A stretch of DNA of 64,000 bases from a virus (lineage: Duplodnaviria > Caudoviricetes): positions 124,842 to 188,841 of the IMG/VR virus record IMGVR_UViG_3300035502_001274. One strand, given 5' to 3'. Below are positions 9,454 through 18,944 of the stretch, piece after piece. The notes beneath the pieces were generated by a model. It did no database searches. It was not told the DNA's origin and worked only from the letters and a program-made list of their open reading frames with translations. A program made the position numbers and the translations under genes. Numbering within the stretch: the stretch's first letter is position 1; the number at the start of each line of letters is the position of its first letter.

Positions 9454-10089
9454 ATGGCAAATGATGTGGCCTATATGAGAACGCTATTCTCAGGCCATAG
9501 CATCAAAATTCAGACCTACATGAGACTGCCCAGCATCTACTTTGGCAATGGGAGCAATGTAGGCAACATTTCTAGTTATCCGGTGGTCATGATCAAGTAT
9601 GAACCACCTCGGTCGGTGCTGGCGCAGGGCACCTTTAAAAGTAAAGATGCGCAGTTCAAAATGAATCCGAGAAACCAGTTGCAGGTGAAGAATTTCTTCA
9701 GAGCAATTTATCGCTGGTTCTCTGCGGATTCATTCAAGGATCTCTTTATCCTTGATGAGCATACCGGCAAACTGATGGTCAACATGGAGTATCGCGATCT
9801 CCAAGCTAAGATTGGAAGTACGCGCTATGAGGCGCAAGCGATGTTGGCTATCCCTGCCGTGACGGAGTTTGACTCCGTGCAATCTGAAGGATGTGCATTG
9901 GCGATCAATAACACCAGTTACACCTGTCCTCTGACTGATGTGGAGATCGAGTCCATCCTTGGCATTCTCGAGGCATTCTCCTTCCAGGAGGAAGCGCAGT
10001 TCATCACACTGCTAGCTATGTCCGGGAATCGATTCCTTAGTGACAGACCGCCGTCCTATGGCGGCAGCTCTACCAAGATTACCTGGTGA
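9454..10089 (+). CDS. Hypothetical protein
   Basis: SD GGTGAGG; variant late motif AACG-N6-TAA at 9413-9425. Confidence 0.7.
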   Translation: MANDVAYMRTLFSGHSIKIQTYMRLPSIYFGNGSNVGNISSYPVVMIKYEPPRSVLAQGTFKSKDAQFKMNPRNQLQVKNFFRAIYRWFSADSFKDLFILDEHTGKLMVNMEYRDLQAKIGSTRYEAQAMLAIPAVTEFDSVQSEGCALAINNTSYTCPLTDVEIESILGILEAFSFQEEAQFITLLAMSGNRFLSDRPPSYGGSSTKITW

Positions 10090-10140
10090 TGGAGAGGGAT
10101 ACGACTTTATGAAGTTTACAGGCTTGGTAGGCTTGAAACG

Positions 10141-10148
10141 TATATCAT
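10141..10148 (+). promoter_or_regulatory. Early-type promoter
   Basis: TATATCAT in intergenic DNA. Confidence 0.55.
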
Positions 10149-10210
10149 CATTTGGCTGAACATCTCTAGGTTCGGCTTTACATACTATAGGAGAGGTTGA
10201 GGTTTAAACC

Positions 10211-11008
10211 ATGAAAAAGACCACAAATACTGACGTTGAGGCATTGGCATCCGAAATCATGGAGGCTGAGGGAGACAGTTCTAAGGCTCCCGAGCCCAAC
10301 GAGACCACTGAAGAAGTGGTGGATGCAACGCCAACCGTTGTGAAAATGCCGGTGCATAAGTCGGCAGACCTGATTGTGACCAACGAAGATGTCCTCAAAG
10401 CTGTCAAGCTCAATGTGGATAACATCAACGATGGGACACTGTATGACTACGGCATTGCGTACATCGCTTATCCCTATTACTACATCTATAGAGGGACGAC
10501 CCTGACCACAGAGTTTGAGCACCGTCTGCCGGGTATCTATCTGACACCCGACGACCGCTATCTTTGGATTCCCGTGACTCCTGGCAATGAAGATGACCAG
10601 TGGATGGTGGATGACAAGTTCGCCACCGCCGACATGAAGTCCATTGTGGATGTGCTGATTGATCGGGAAGACATCAGCTTAAACATCCCTGATTCCGGTA
10701 AGGTGTTCCGGCCTGAAGAGACCGAGACTGACGATATCTTGAAGAGACTCATTAAGCGTGTCTTGAAGAGCAAGGATATCGACATCGATGCTTATAAGGC
10801 ACGTTTTGCAGATAAGAATGCGCTGTTTAACTTCAAGCAGGTCATCAAGGGCGATGGCAAGTTGTCCATGCTCCTCTTTGAGAGAGGCTGTAACGCGCTC
10901 AATCTGAAGTATACCATTACCCTGGAAGAAATCGATCCTCGTGGAAGCGTGGGAACGCCTCTGGTGAATCCCGTGAAGATCTCCTCCGAGGATTCCTATA
11001 ACGTGTAA
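10211..11008 (+). CDS. Hypothetical protein, possible C-terminal HTH-like domain
   Basis: 265-aa ORF with SD; helical basic C-terminal region. Confidence 0.65.
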   Translation: MKKTTNTDVEALASEIMEAEGDSSKAPEPNETTEEVVDATPTVVKMPVHKSADLIVTNEDVLKAVKLNVDNINDGTLYDYGIAYIAYPYYYIYRGTTLTTEFEHRLPGIYLTPDDRYLWIPVTPGNEDDQWMVDDKFATADMKSIVDVLIDREDISLNIPDSGKVFRPEETETDDILKRLIKRVLKSKDIDIDAYKARFADKNALFNFKQVIKGDGKLSMLLFERGCNALNLKYTITLEEIDPRGSVGTPLVNPVKISSEDSYNV

Positions 11009-11026
11009 GAAAGGCAGGCAAGAATT

Positions 11027-11692
11027 ATGGCAGAACCCTTTGGCATCGCTCAACTTAGCGATGAACTTCGCACCGAGCTGAAGAATCATACGCAACAGGA
11101 AGTGGAATCTTCTGAATCCCGCATGAACGATGCAATGCAGAGGATGCGCCAGAGTATTCTTGACCATGACAGGGTGAGCAAAGCGCTCACCCTGTTAAGC
11201 CGTCAAGAAGAACTGAATCGCAAACGTAACTCGGTATATGCTGATATTCGCAAGACTGAAGATCGGATGACGGACATTCAGATTTATAAGGTCATTCCCG
11301 ATATCTCCCGGCCGACATTCGCCACTCTCATCATCGTTTTTCTTTTGGAATTTTGCTTCCAAACTGGCTTTGATCTATGGCTGTCCATGGGTATTGGCGC
11401 TGCTTGTGCCATCGCAGTTGGCCTAATTACCTGCATCGCCATCGATGTCGAACATCAGATTGAAATGCGGAAGCTGAAGAAAGAAGATCGGCGACTGCAT
11501 AAAGAACTGAATGACCTTGATAACGAATACAGCAAGAATCATGCAGACCCGGATTTCCAATACATCTATCAACATGGCTGCGAAGACATCATGCGCGAGC
11601 GGCCCATTCGTGACATTTTGGAGATCATGGATGGCGGCGAACACATCACACTGGAGGAGGCATTAGCCGAATATGGACAAGAAACTGAATGA
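11027..11692 (+). CDS. Coiled-coil membrane protein (2 TM)
   Basis: Two adjacent hydrophobic segments flanked by charged heptad-like regions. Confidence 0.65.
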   Translation: MAEPFGIAQLSDELRTELKNHTQQEVESSESRMNDAMQRMRQSILDHDRVSKALTLLSRQEELNRKRNSVYADIRKTEDRMTDIQIYKVIPDISRPTFATLIIVFLLEFCFQTGFDLWLSMGIGAACAIAVGLITCIAIDVEHQIEMRKLKKEDRRLHKELNDLDNEYSKNHADPDFQYIYQHGCEDIMRERPIRDILEIMDGGEHITLEEALAEYGQETE

Positions 11693-12293
11693 TAGAAACG
11701 ACGTTCTGACCGTTGATGAAGCGATGGAGTTTGCAAAGCTGATGACGCTACTTCATCACGATTATGAATGCGCTATGATTACGGAGCGTATGAATGAGAA
11801 GCTCAATCAAAATAACACACTCCGTCGCATGCGGATTGAAGAGCGTGATGAAGTCACTAAGATGCCCAAGTGGCCTTTCGCTCTTACGGCAGCCACCGCC
11901 ATCATTATAGCGACAATCGTCAATCTGGCAACTGGCGACATTTTCACGATGTCACTCTCAAGGTGGCTCTGTCAATCCGCCGGATGTGGTATTGCTTCAT
12001 GTATCTGTGAGTATTTCCAACTCAAGCACAAGCTCAGAGCTATTGAACTCAACTATGAGATGGAGCTCAGAGCTCTCGATCATTCCAGTAGTGAAGCTGA
12101 CCATCTCTATACGCTGGCCATTACCGATACCAACTACGCACTGTTTAGTGGCACTGCAGTAAAGTATGGTCTTAGAGCATCATCTTACACTATCAATGAG
12201 GTCATTAAATTGGCATATAAGTATCCGAAGTTGAGCGTGGATGACCTCGTTAAAAAGTACAGTGAAGACGTGGGAAAGACCTTCCTTGTCTGA
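11673..12293 (+). CDS. Membrane protein (about 2 TM)
   Basis: GGAGGAGG SD; hydrophobic segment WPFALTAATAIIIATIVNL. Confidence 0.65.
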   Translation: MDKKLNDRNDVLTVDEAMEFAKLMTLLHHDYECAMITERMNEKLNQNNTLRRMRIEERDEVTKMPKWPFALTAATAIIIATIVNLATGDIFTMSLSRWLCQSAGCGIASCICEYFQLKHKLRAIELNYEMELRALDHSSSEADHLYTLAITDTNYALFSGTAVKYGLRASSYTINEVIKLAYKYPKLSVDDLVKKYSEDVGKTFLV

Positions 12294-12351
12294 TCCTACT
12301 TCTTCCCAGACAAGCTACGTAATTTCCAATAAGAAATGAGGTCATTCTATC

Positions 12352-15006
12352 ATGCGTATCGAGAAATTACACATGAAGAATTTTGCCCCCATTTTCGTAG
12401 CTCTTGATAAGTCCGAAGTGACTCTGGATTACTCTGACCGAAAAGACAAGATCATCAACATCTTCATCGGCCAGATGGGCAGTTGCAAGACCTTTCTGTT
12501 AGGTCACCATCAGCCATTTGCCACTTTAGGCAATTTGGACGTACGCAACGCTGAAGACCTGGTGCTTGAAGGCAAGCAGGGAATCAAAGAGATCGTCTAC
12601 ACTCGTGGAGACGATCTCTTTGAAATCACCCATGTCTATACACCGGCAAAGAATACCCACACCATCAAGAGCTATATCAAGAAAAATGGGGTTGAATTAA
12701 ACGAGAATGGAAACTCCTCGTCCTTCAAGGTCATCATAGAGACTGAATTTGGACTGGACCAGAGTTTCCTCAAACTCTTCCGTATCGGCTCCAACGTCAC
12801 CAATCTTCCTGATATGACGGCGTCCGAACGGAAGACCTTCATCAGCTCTATGCTCTCCGATACCGAAGTCTATCTCCACCTTTATAAGAAGATTGGAGAG
12901 GAGAGCAGAGCCATCAACGCACAGACCACCATTCTCATCAATAAGCTCCATATGATTTCCAATCAGCCTCTGAGCCAATTGGAGCATGAAGCAGAAGTTG
13001 AAGAAGAGCTGTGTAAAGAGACGCAGGGCCAGATTGAAGAGGCTACCAAAGAGCGCTATAAGCTAGAAGGTACGATCAATGCCCTGCGCAATGACATGAG
13101 CGAAGAAGCTTATGCCAGCTACCATCAGAACCTGATTACCCAGACAGCCCTGATCGACAAGGAGATTGCCGATAAGACCGCTGAGCTGGATTCCATCAAG
13201 GATTACCCAGACCCTAAGCAAGTGAGCGATTCCATTGCGGCTTGCAATGCTCGTATCAGTCTTCGAATGTCTCAGAAGATCGAATACCAGAAGAAGATCA
13301 ATGAAGATACCTCTGAACGAGATCGTCTCAGAGACCAACTGGCGGTGATTGGCTCCCAAGATCACATCGAGACCTTGAGAGCTACCTATCAAAACCTGCT
13401 GGGAACCCTCAATAGTTACACCGAAAAGCTGAAGCACTTTGCATATCAAGGTTCTATGGGTTCCATTATTAGCATGACATCTGAGTTGTCCAATCTGGAT
13501 TCTCTCATCAATGACGTTGGACAGTATAACGCAGATGCCATCAAAGCCATTCTCCGGAATAAGAGAGGCGCTCTGCATCGAGCTGAACGAGAAGTGGCCG
13601 CTGCACAGAAAGCACGGGATAAGGTCCAGCAGGAAATGACCAATATCCGTCAAGTAACGCTGTATAAGTCCACCCATGTGATGGTTCGACCTTTCAATTG
13701 TCCAACGCCTGATTGTCCCTATTACAAGTATCATCCTCTGACAGAGCAAAAGGCCCAACTTCATACCAATGTGGACAAGGTCTTCCTGGAGAAGCAGAAT
13801 GAGCTGCGTCATTTGGAAGCTCACATCTATCTCTATGAGGAGTTTCCCAATATCGCTCGAAAGCTGGATACCATCAAGGCGATCTGGAATGCTATCCATG
13901 AAGAGGCCAAAGACCTGGGTGTCTTGAAAGAGGACGATCTGGAAGAGATCATTACCAATCTCATGCATCGGCAATGGTATGATCCTTCTAGGCTGCAGCG
14001 CATCAAAGAGCTCTGCGGTATTCGAGAGCAATGCTATGAGCTCACCGAGAAAGTGGCTTCTATGCGGAAGAGCTTGACCGATTATGAGTCTTCCAATGTT
14101 GAGCAGCTTAAGCAGAATCTCGAGCAGGCCATGCAACGTCTCCAAGAGAACATGAAAGCGTATGAAGCTCTCGAAGAAGCGAACCGCCAAGACAATGAAG
14201 AACTCGAGAAACTCAACGACGCTTATCTCAAAATCTCCTCGATGGAGAAGACCAAAAGAGAGTTGGAAGCCCTTGAAAATCAGTCCAAGGGTAACCACAC
14301 GGACCTTGCTAAAATAGAGGCAAATTTGGAGAATATAGCCTCTCAGACCTCAGCAGTTGCCGACATAAAAATGACCCTTCATCAGCTAAATGATGCTTAT
14401 AGAGTTCACGCAAGTAGCCTCGAAAAGCTCAAAAGAAAGATTGCGGACATCAAGTTGACTACTGATCAATATGAAGATACCCTGAAGAGGAAGCAACTCA
14501 TTCAGGATATCTTGGATGCAGTATCTTCCAAGAAGGGCATTCCTCTGGCATATGTCAAGCTTTTCCTCGTGGATTGCAAAGATGACCTCAATGACCTGAT
14601 CAGTGACGTCTTTGATGACTCCATCGAGATTCAGGACTTTGATATCCCAGAGGACGGTACCGAGTTCAATATCCCCTATACCCGCAATGGCACCCTGATT
14701 GACGATATCAACAAAAGTTCTCAGGGAGAGCGTGCCATTATCTCGCTGGCGTTGTCCTTTGCACTCATAAGACAGCGTGCTTTCACCTATAACATCATTC
14801 TGCTCGATGAGGTGGATGGCCCCTTACATAAGTCTGCCAGACACAAATTCCTAATGATACTTTTCAAGCAACTTCAGGCAATCAATGCCGAACAGGTTTT
14901 CATTGTGTCGCACAATAACACCTTTGACGGTTACAATGTCAACGTGATCAAAACCACCGATGAGCTGGTGGATGAAAATCCATTGACCACTGTCATGCGT
15001 GTTTGA
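12352..15006 (+). CDS. sbcC: SbcC/Rad50-like (T4 gp46-like) ABC ATPase
   Basis: Walker A GQMGSCKT, long coiled coil with central CPTPDC hook, SSQGE signature, LLDEVD, VSHN. Confidence 0.9.
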   Translation: MRIEKLHMKNFAPIFVALDKSEVTLDYSDRKDKIINIFIGQMGSCKTFLLGHHQPFATLGNLDVRNAEDLVLEGKQGIKEIVYTRGDDLFEITHVYTPAKNTHTIKSYIKKNGVELNENGNSSSFKVIIETEFGLDQSFLKLFRIGSNVTNLPDMTASERKTFISSMLSDTEVYLHLYKKIGEESRAINAQTTILINKLHMISNQPLSQLEHEAEVEEELCKETQGQIEEATKERYKLEGTINALRNDMSEEAYASYHQNLITQTALIDKEIADKTAELDSIKDYPDPKQVSDSIAACNARISLRMSQKIEYQKKINEDTSERDRLRDQLAVIGSQDHIETLRATYQNLLGTLNSYTEKLKHFAYQGSMGSIISMTSELSNLDSLINDVGQYNADAIKAILRNKRGALHRAEREVAAAQKARDKVQQEMTNIRQVTLYKSTHVMVRPFNCPTPDCPYYKYHPLTEQKAQLHTNVDKVFLEKQNELRHLEAHIYLYEEFPNIARKLDTIKAIWNAIHEEAKDLGVLKEDDLEEIITNLMHRQWYDPSRLQRIKELCGIREQCYELTEKVASMRKSLTDYESSNVEQLKQNLEQAMQRLQENMKAYEALEEANRQDNEELEKLNDAYLKISSMEKTKRELEALENQSKGNHTDLAKIEANLENIASQTSAVADIKMTLHQLNDAYRVHASSLEKLKRKIADIKLTTDQYEDTLKRKQLIQDILDAVSSKKGIPLAYVKLFLVDCKDDLNDLISDVFDDSIEIQDFDIPEDGTEFNIPYTRNGTLIDDINKSSQGERAIISLALSFALIRQRAFTYNIILLDEVDGPLHKSARHKFLMILFKQLQAINAEQVFIVSHNNTFDGYNVNVIKTTDELVDENPLTTVMRV

Positions 15007-15527
15007 AGAAGGGACTGATCATCATCGTCGAATCTGTCATTATGACGCAGGCAGGCGAGATGAATCAACCGTGGTATGGGCTGATCATGAAGTATGATCA
15101 GCCCTCCGCCATGGTCATCATTGTAAAGATTGAGCGTCATATTCTTTTTCTTGATCCTGCCGCACTATCCAGAGGCTCGATTCATATCCGCAATTACATG
15201 TCATTTGCCACCAAGTACAACGACGAGACGGAAGCTTGCCAAATGTTTGATAGGATGCTGGGTGAGACTTCTAGAAAGCCTTCTAGCGCATCCATCTTCC
15301 GCAATACAGGAGAAAAGATCGTATATCCTGCTGGACTTGTCAAGATTGTACGAGAGTTTCCCATCGATGATGGACAATTCTTTGCGACGGCTGCCACGCG
15401 GAATGCGCTGGCTCAGGTCTATGGCACCGAGAGACAGATCACCTCTCGTGAGAAACATCTCCAGCGGGAGCTCGACGCAGCCCATCACAAGAGAAAGAAG
15501 AAAAAGCGCATCCTGCCTGATTACTAA
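15003..15527 (+). CDS. Hypothetical protein with basic C-terminus
   Basis: TTGA overlap with sbcC stop; ends just before a terminator. Confidence 0.6.
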   Translation: MKKGLIIIVESVIMTQAGEMNQPWYGLIMKYDQPSAMVIIVKIERHILFLDPAALSRGSIHIRNYMSFATKYNDETEACQMFDRMLGETSRKPSSASIFRNTGEKIVYPAGLVKIVREFPIDDGQFFATAATRNALAQVYGTERQITSREKHLQRELDAAHHKRKKKKRILPDY

Positions 15528-15529
15528 AG

Positions 15530-15563
15530 AAAGATCCATATCCAATTTGGATATGGATCTTTC
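15530..15563. terminator. Bidirectional terminator
   Basis: AAAGATCCATATCC/GGATATGGATCTTT. Confidence 0.85.
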
Positions 15564-15568
15564 AGTTG

Positions 15569-16207
15569 TCAGCTTTCGGCAGCAGCCGTTGCAGAGTAGT
15601 CATAGGTGCCATCCAACATCGCAGCACCCACCTCAGCAGTTCCCCAAGTGGCAATATCGCCCTCAATTTGACTGACGCTATTGCTCAGGCCTTCGACCTT
15701 CTTCTTGAGCGTTTCGAACTCATCGGGTTGAACGACCTCGGGGTCTTCAGTATTGATGCCGCCAGACTGCATGGGCTTGGGAGACCAGGCAGACCAGGTA
15801 TCGCCCTCATCAGAGGAGAATCGAACCCAAACGTCGCCCAGGCCTTCCACCACTTGATACAGAACGCCATCTTTGGTGTAAACTGTGATCTTGGTGGGAG
15901 TAACGCCTTGCAGGTCTTCGGGTAGATCAGTGGCGCTAATGTAATTCGATGTGTATTCGCCGGGGTCAACCAGGCCATCGATATTGGCAGGCTTGCTCTC
16001 GGTGGACTGTACCACCTTGACGCCACCCACTTCGTCAACGTTCAGATCGATGGCCTTTTTGAGGGCTTGCTCCACGACCTCGCCAGACCATGGCAGATGA
16101 TAATCGGGAGTTTTGGCAATGCTACCAGTGCTTTCAGCAGAGGAAGCCATAGCCGTACGTTCAGCTGTGGTGGAGAGCGTAACGGCAGAAGAGCTTGTAA
16201 CAGCCAT
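15569..16207 (-). CDS. Structural protein, paralog of 5641-6177 (knob-like domain)
   Basis: WSGEVVEQAL; NIDGLVDPGEY...WVRF...TWSAWS aligns with the 6177 protein; AGGAGG SD. Confidence 0.65.
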   Translation of the reverse strand: MAVTSSSAVTLSTTAERTAMASSAESTGSIAKTPDYHLPWSGEVVEQALKKAIDLNVDEVGGVKVVQSTESKPANIDGLVDPGEYTSNYISATDLPEDLQGVTPTKITVYTKDGVLYQVVEGLGDVWVRFSSDEGDTWSAWSPKPMQSGGINTEDPEVVQPDEFETLKKKVEGLSNSVSQIEGDIATWGTAEVGAAMLDGTYDYSATAAAES

Positions 16208-16255
16208 AGTATTTTAACCTCCTATGAAAGGATTCAATGCTAAGCAGGGATAACG

Positions 16256-16268
16256 TTAAGGCGTTGTC
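16256..16268 (-). promoter_or_regulatory. Late-type promoter
   Basis: GACA-acgcct-TAA. Confidence 0.7.
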
Positions 16269-16300
16269 GCAATTTACCGTATTTCGCTGGATTTCTCCTG

Positions 16301-16315
16301 TATATCATTATTATG
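16301..16315 (+). promoter_or_regulatory. Early-type promoter
   Basis: TATATCAT-tatt-ATG. Confidence 0.7.
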
Positions 16316-16404
16316 AAGAAGGACGAAAGAATCGAGGGCAACTCGAGAGCTTTCGATTCTCCTCTTCAAAAATTTACATTGGCTAAAAGCCAGGAGGAAT
16401 CATC

Positions 16405-16737
16405 ATGAACACCAATAAGAAGAACGCGAGCATCAAGGCTATCCGTGGAACCCTGTCCTACGTGTGCGGAATCACGACCCTGATTCTGGGAACCAGTTCG
16501 GCCATCGCATCCGGCGCCCGTATTAAGACCCATGAGAAAGGCTCCATCAAGGGAACCATCAATGGCCTGTTTCTCAGCGCCGTTGGCATGGGCGCCATGA
16601 TCCTGGGGCAGGATGACATGTGCGACGGGCTCGTCGAGTACTCCGAAGCGCGCACCGCCGAGAAGGAAGCTGCGGACTTCGCCGATGATGTCGCAGCTGA
16701 GCAGCAGAAAACCATCGCCGTTGAGTTCGGCAAGTAA
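16405..16737 (+). CDS. Small early membrane protein (2 TM)
   Basis: AGGAGG SD; two hydrophobic stretches; GC-rich third codon positions. Confidence 0.75.
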   Translation: MNTNKKNASIKAIRGTLSYVCGITTLILGTSSAIASGARIKTHEKGSIKGTINGLFLSAVGMGAMILGQDDMCDGLVEYSEARTAEKEAADFADDVAAEQQKTIAVEFGK

Positions 16738-16814
16738 TACCCAGCATCCAGCGGGTTCCATTTTATTGGGATCCGCTGGGCAAAACCTCCGCAAAACACA
16801 CATTCCCTGAATCG

Positions 16815-16829
16815 CATATTATTTCTGTG
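16815..16829 (+). promoter_or_regulatory. Early-type promoter
   Basis: CATATTAT-ttct-GTG. Confidence 0.6.
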
Positions 16830-16903
16830 AGAAGGAGAGCGAAAATTCTTTACAATCGCCCTCTAAAATTTGTGAAGGCTATTAAGCCAGAAAGGAAAAC
16901 ATC

Positions 16904-17707
16904 ATGTTTACTTCTAAGAAATTTGCCAAGTCCGCCGCTCGTACCAGCATCCAGCATACGTTTAACCAGACCGCAAACGTCCCCGGCTACACCGAGACCG
17001 CCAACGCGTTCAAGATCTTCATCCAGTCCACAAAGGATGTCTCCAACATCGGTGGCATTCGCCAGTCGATCTTGCTGCTCGGCAGCAAGAATCCGGCGTT
17101 CACCGCTCTCTACGGCGCCAAGTTCTTCATCGTCGGCAAGAGCTTCATGGCCGCGTCCCACAAGGAGCAGCTGTGCATGATCGCCAATGAGCTGATGCGG
17201 AACGGGGAGTGCGATCAGGCCAACGCCATTTTGACCGCGGTCAGCACTCACAACTACAGCACCATTCTGGCTCGTGCGGATATGGCCGATGTCGACCTGG
17301 CCGACGGTGTTGCGACTCCCAATGACCTGGCTGATCGCCGGGTTGCGCTGTCTGGTGCCTTTGGAGCTCGCACGGCTAAGAAGGTCGTCTCGACTGAGGT
17401 GCGCAAAGCCATGCATGACAGCACCATCGACGCCACTGTTGTCGCCAAGGCCGGCAAGGTGGAGAAGACCTTGTACAACAAGAAGACCTGGAAGCCCGCC
17501 GTCAAGTCTGCCAAGGTTTTCAACGATGCTGCGATGAAGGGCGTCAAGACCGAGGCTAAGACTGCGAAGGCTCAGGCTAAGGCCGACGCGAGAGTTGCCA
17601 AGCAGGCTGCCAAGGCCGCTCCCGTCGACCTGGAGCAGGAAGCTGCCGACATCGATGTCGAGATTGTCAACGACATGGGTGCCGAGGCTGCGGCCGCTGC
17701 TTGCTAA
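16904..17707 (+). CDS. Early Ala/Lys-rich hypothetical protein
   Basis: AGAAAGGA SD; strongly biased codons; AK-rich C-terminal part. Confidence 0.8.
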   Translation: MFTSKKFAKSAARTSIQHTFNQTANVPGYTETANAFKIFIQSTKDVSNIGGIRQSILLLGSKNPAFTALYGAKFFIVGKSFMAASHKEQLCMIANELMRNGECDQANAILTAVSTHNYSTILARADMADVDLADGVATPNDLADRRVALSGAFGARTAKKVVSTEVRKAMHDSTIDATVVAKAGKVEKTLYNKKTWKPAVKSAKVFNDAAMKGVKTEAKTAKAQAKADARVAKQAAKAAPVDLEQEAADIDVEIVNDMGAEAAAAAC

Positions 17708-17714
17708 AGCACAT

Positions 17715-17750
17715 AAGAGTGCCTACCTAGGAAACTAGGTAGGCACTCTT
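17715..17750 (+). terminator. Terminator hairpin
   Basis: AAGAGTGCCTACCTAG-gaaa-CTAGGTAGGCACTCTT. Confidence 0.8.
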
Positions 17751-17800
17751 CAAGTTAAATTCAAAATAATAATTTCTTTTTTAACGGGATCGGTAAACCA

Positions 17801-17815
17801 AATATCATCACTATG
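17801..17815 (+). promoter_or_regulatory. Early-type promoter
   Basis: AATATCAT-cact-ATG. Confidence 0.65.
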
Positions 17816-17844
17816 AGAACGCATAGGAAAGGAGGAATTATTTT

Positions 17845-18939
17845 ATGCTCTCATTTAAACCTGTAAGCCGTATTCTGTGTATTGATGGAGTGGACGGATG
17901 CGGCAAAGGCACTATCACCCAACTCATTCTGAAGCGTCTGACTGAGGAGGGGCACTCCGTCGCCGTCATTGAACCGCCCTTCTACAACACCAATACTGGA
18001 AAGGCAGTCAGTGAGTACCTCACCAAAGGTTATGGCTGTATCAAGGATCGCCGCGTCGCGTCCATGCTCTACAGCAATGACCGCAACATGTACTACCGGG
18101 AGCACTTCGATGAAATCTTCACGAGCGGTAAGTACGACATCGTGCTCTACAACAGAAACTGGCTGAGCAACATCTTCTTCCAGACGACCGTTGTCTGCCA
18201 GTCTCCCGAAGACACATCGGTCATCCTTGGCGAGCCCTATAAAATCCAGACCCATGCCTTGGGTAACTTTATATCTGCATCTCTCCCCATCCTTCACACA
18301 TTCTGCAGTGACGTCTATCGTGACCTGGTGGATAGCAAGACGCTCGAGTTGCTGGGAACCGACGCTGAAGGCGTCCAAAAGCTTTATGAAGATCATCGTG
18401 AGCAGTATACCAGACTGGTCGATATCTACAACGATCTGCGAAGCCAGATGGTTCGCCAGATGGTAAAGCTCATGTACGATACGGAGATTGCGCCCTGGGG
18501 TATTGTCGAGGATAACGTCACGTACCCCTTCGTGGATTTCAGTATTTGCCGCAATGTGGTTCTGACACCTGCTGCGAATGAGCGCTGCCTGAAATATGTC
18601 CATGATAATCTCATGAAGCGCTATGAAGGCGACGCCACCAAGATGGATCGTAATGAGCAGAGTGCCAACTATCTGCTGGCAGTCATTGAGAATATCCACT
18701 GGATCCAGAAGCACTTCAAAGAGATCTTCTTCCAGAGACGCTACTCAAGCACTGAACTCGGGCAGTACGTCATTACACCCGAGCATAACGGCATTCGCTG
18801 GTCTCTCGAGAGCTGGGTCAAAGACGAGTTCCAATATAGGATCATTCATACCAATAAGGAGCCCATCGAAGATCAAGTCGAACAGCGCCTCATCGACGAG
18901 ATCGCCGATGAGGTCTATCATAAACTCATGGAGGAATAA
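17845..18939 (+). CDS. tmk: Thymidylate kinase-like dNMP kinase
   Basis: IDGVDGCGKGT P-loop, LYSNDR, NRNWLSN (DRY..S equivalent), DRNE lid. Confidence 0.8.
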   Translation: MLSFKPVSRILCIDGVDGCGKGTITQLILKRLTEEGHSVAVIEPPFYNTNTGKAVSEYLTKGYGCIKDRRVASMLYSNDRNMYYREHFDEIFTSGKYDIVLYNRNWLSNIFFQTTVVCQSPEDTSVILGEPYKIQTHALGNFISASLPILHTFCSDVYRDLVDSKTLELLGTDAEGVQKLYEDHREQYTRLVDIYNDLRSQMVRQMVKLMYDTEIAPWGIVEDNVTYPFVDFSICRNVVLTPAANERCLKYVHDNLMKRYEGDATKMDRNEQSANYLLAVIENIHWIQKHFKEIFFQRRYSSTELGQYVITPEHNGIRWSLESWVKDEFQYRIIHTNKEPIEDQVEQRLIDEIADEVYHKLMEE

Positions 18940-18944
18940 CTGCA

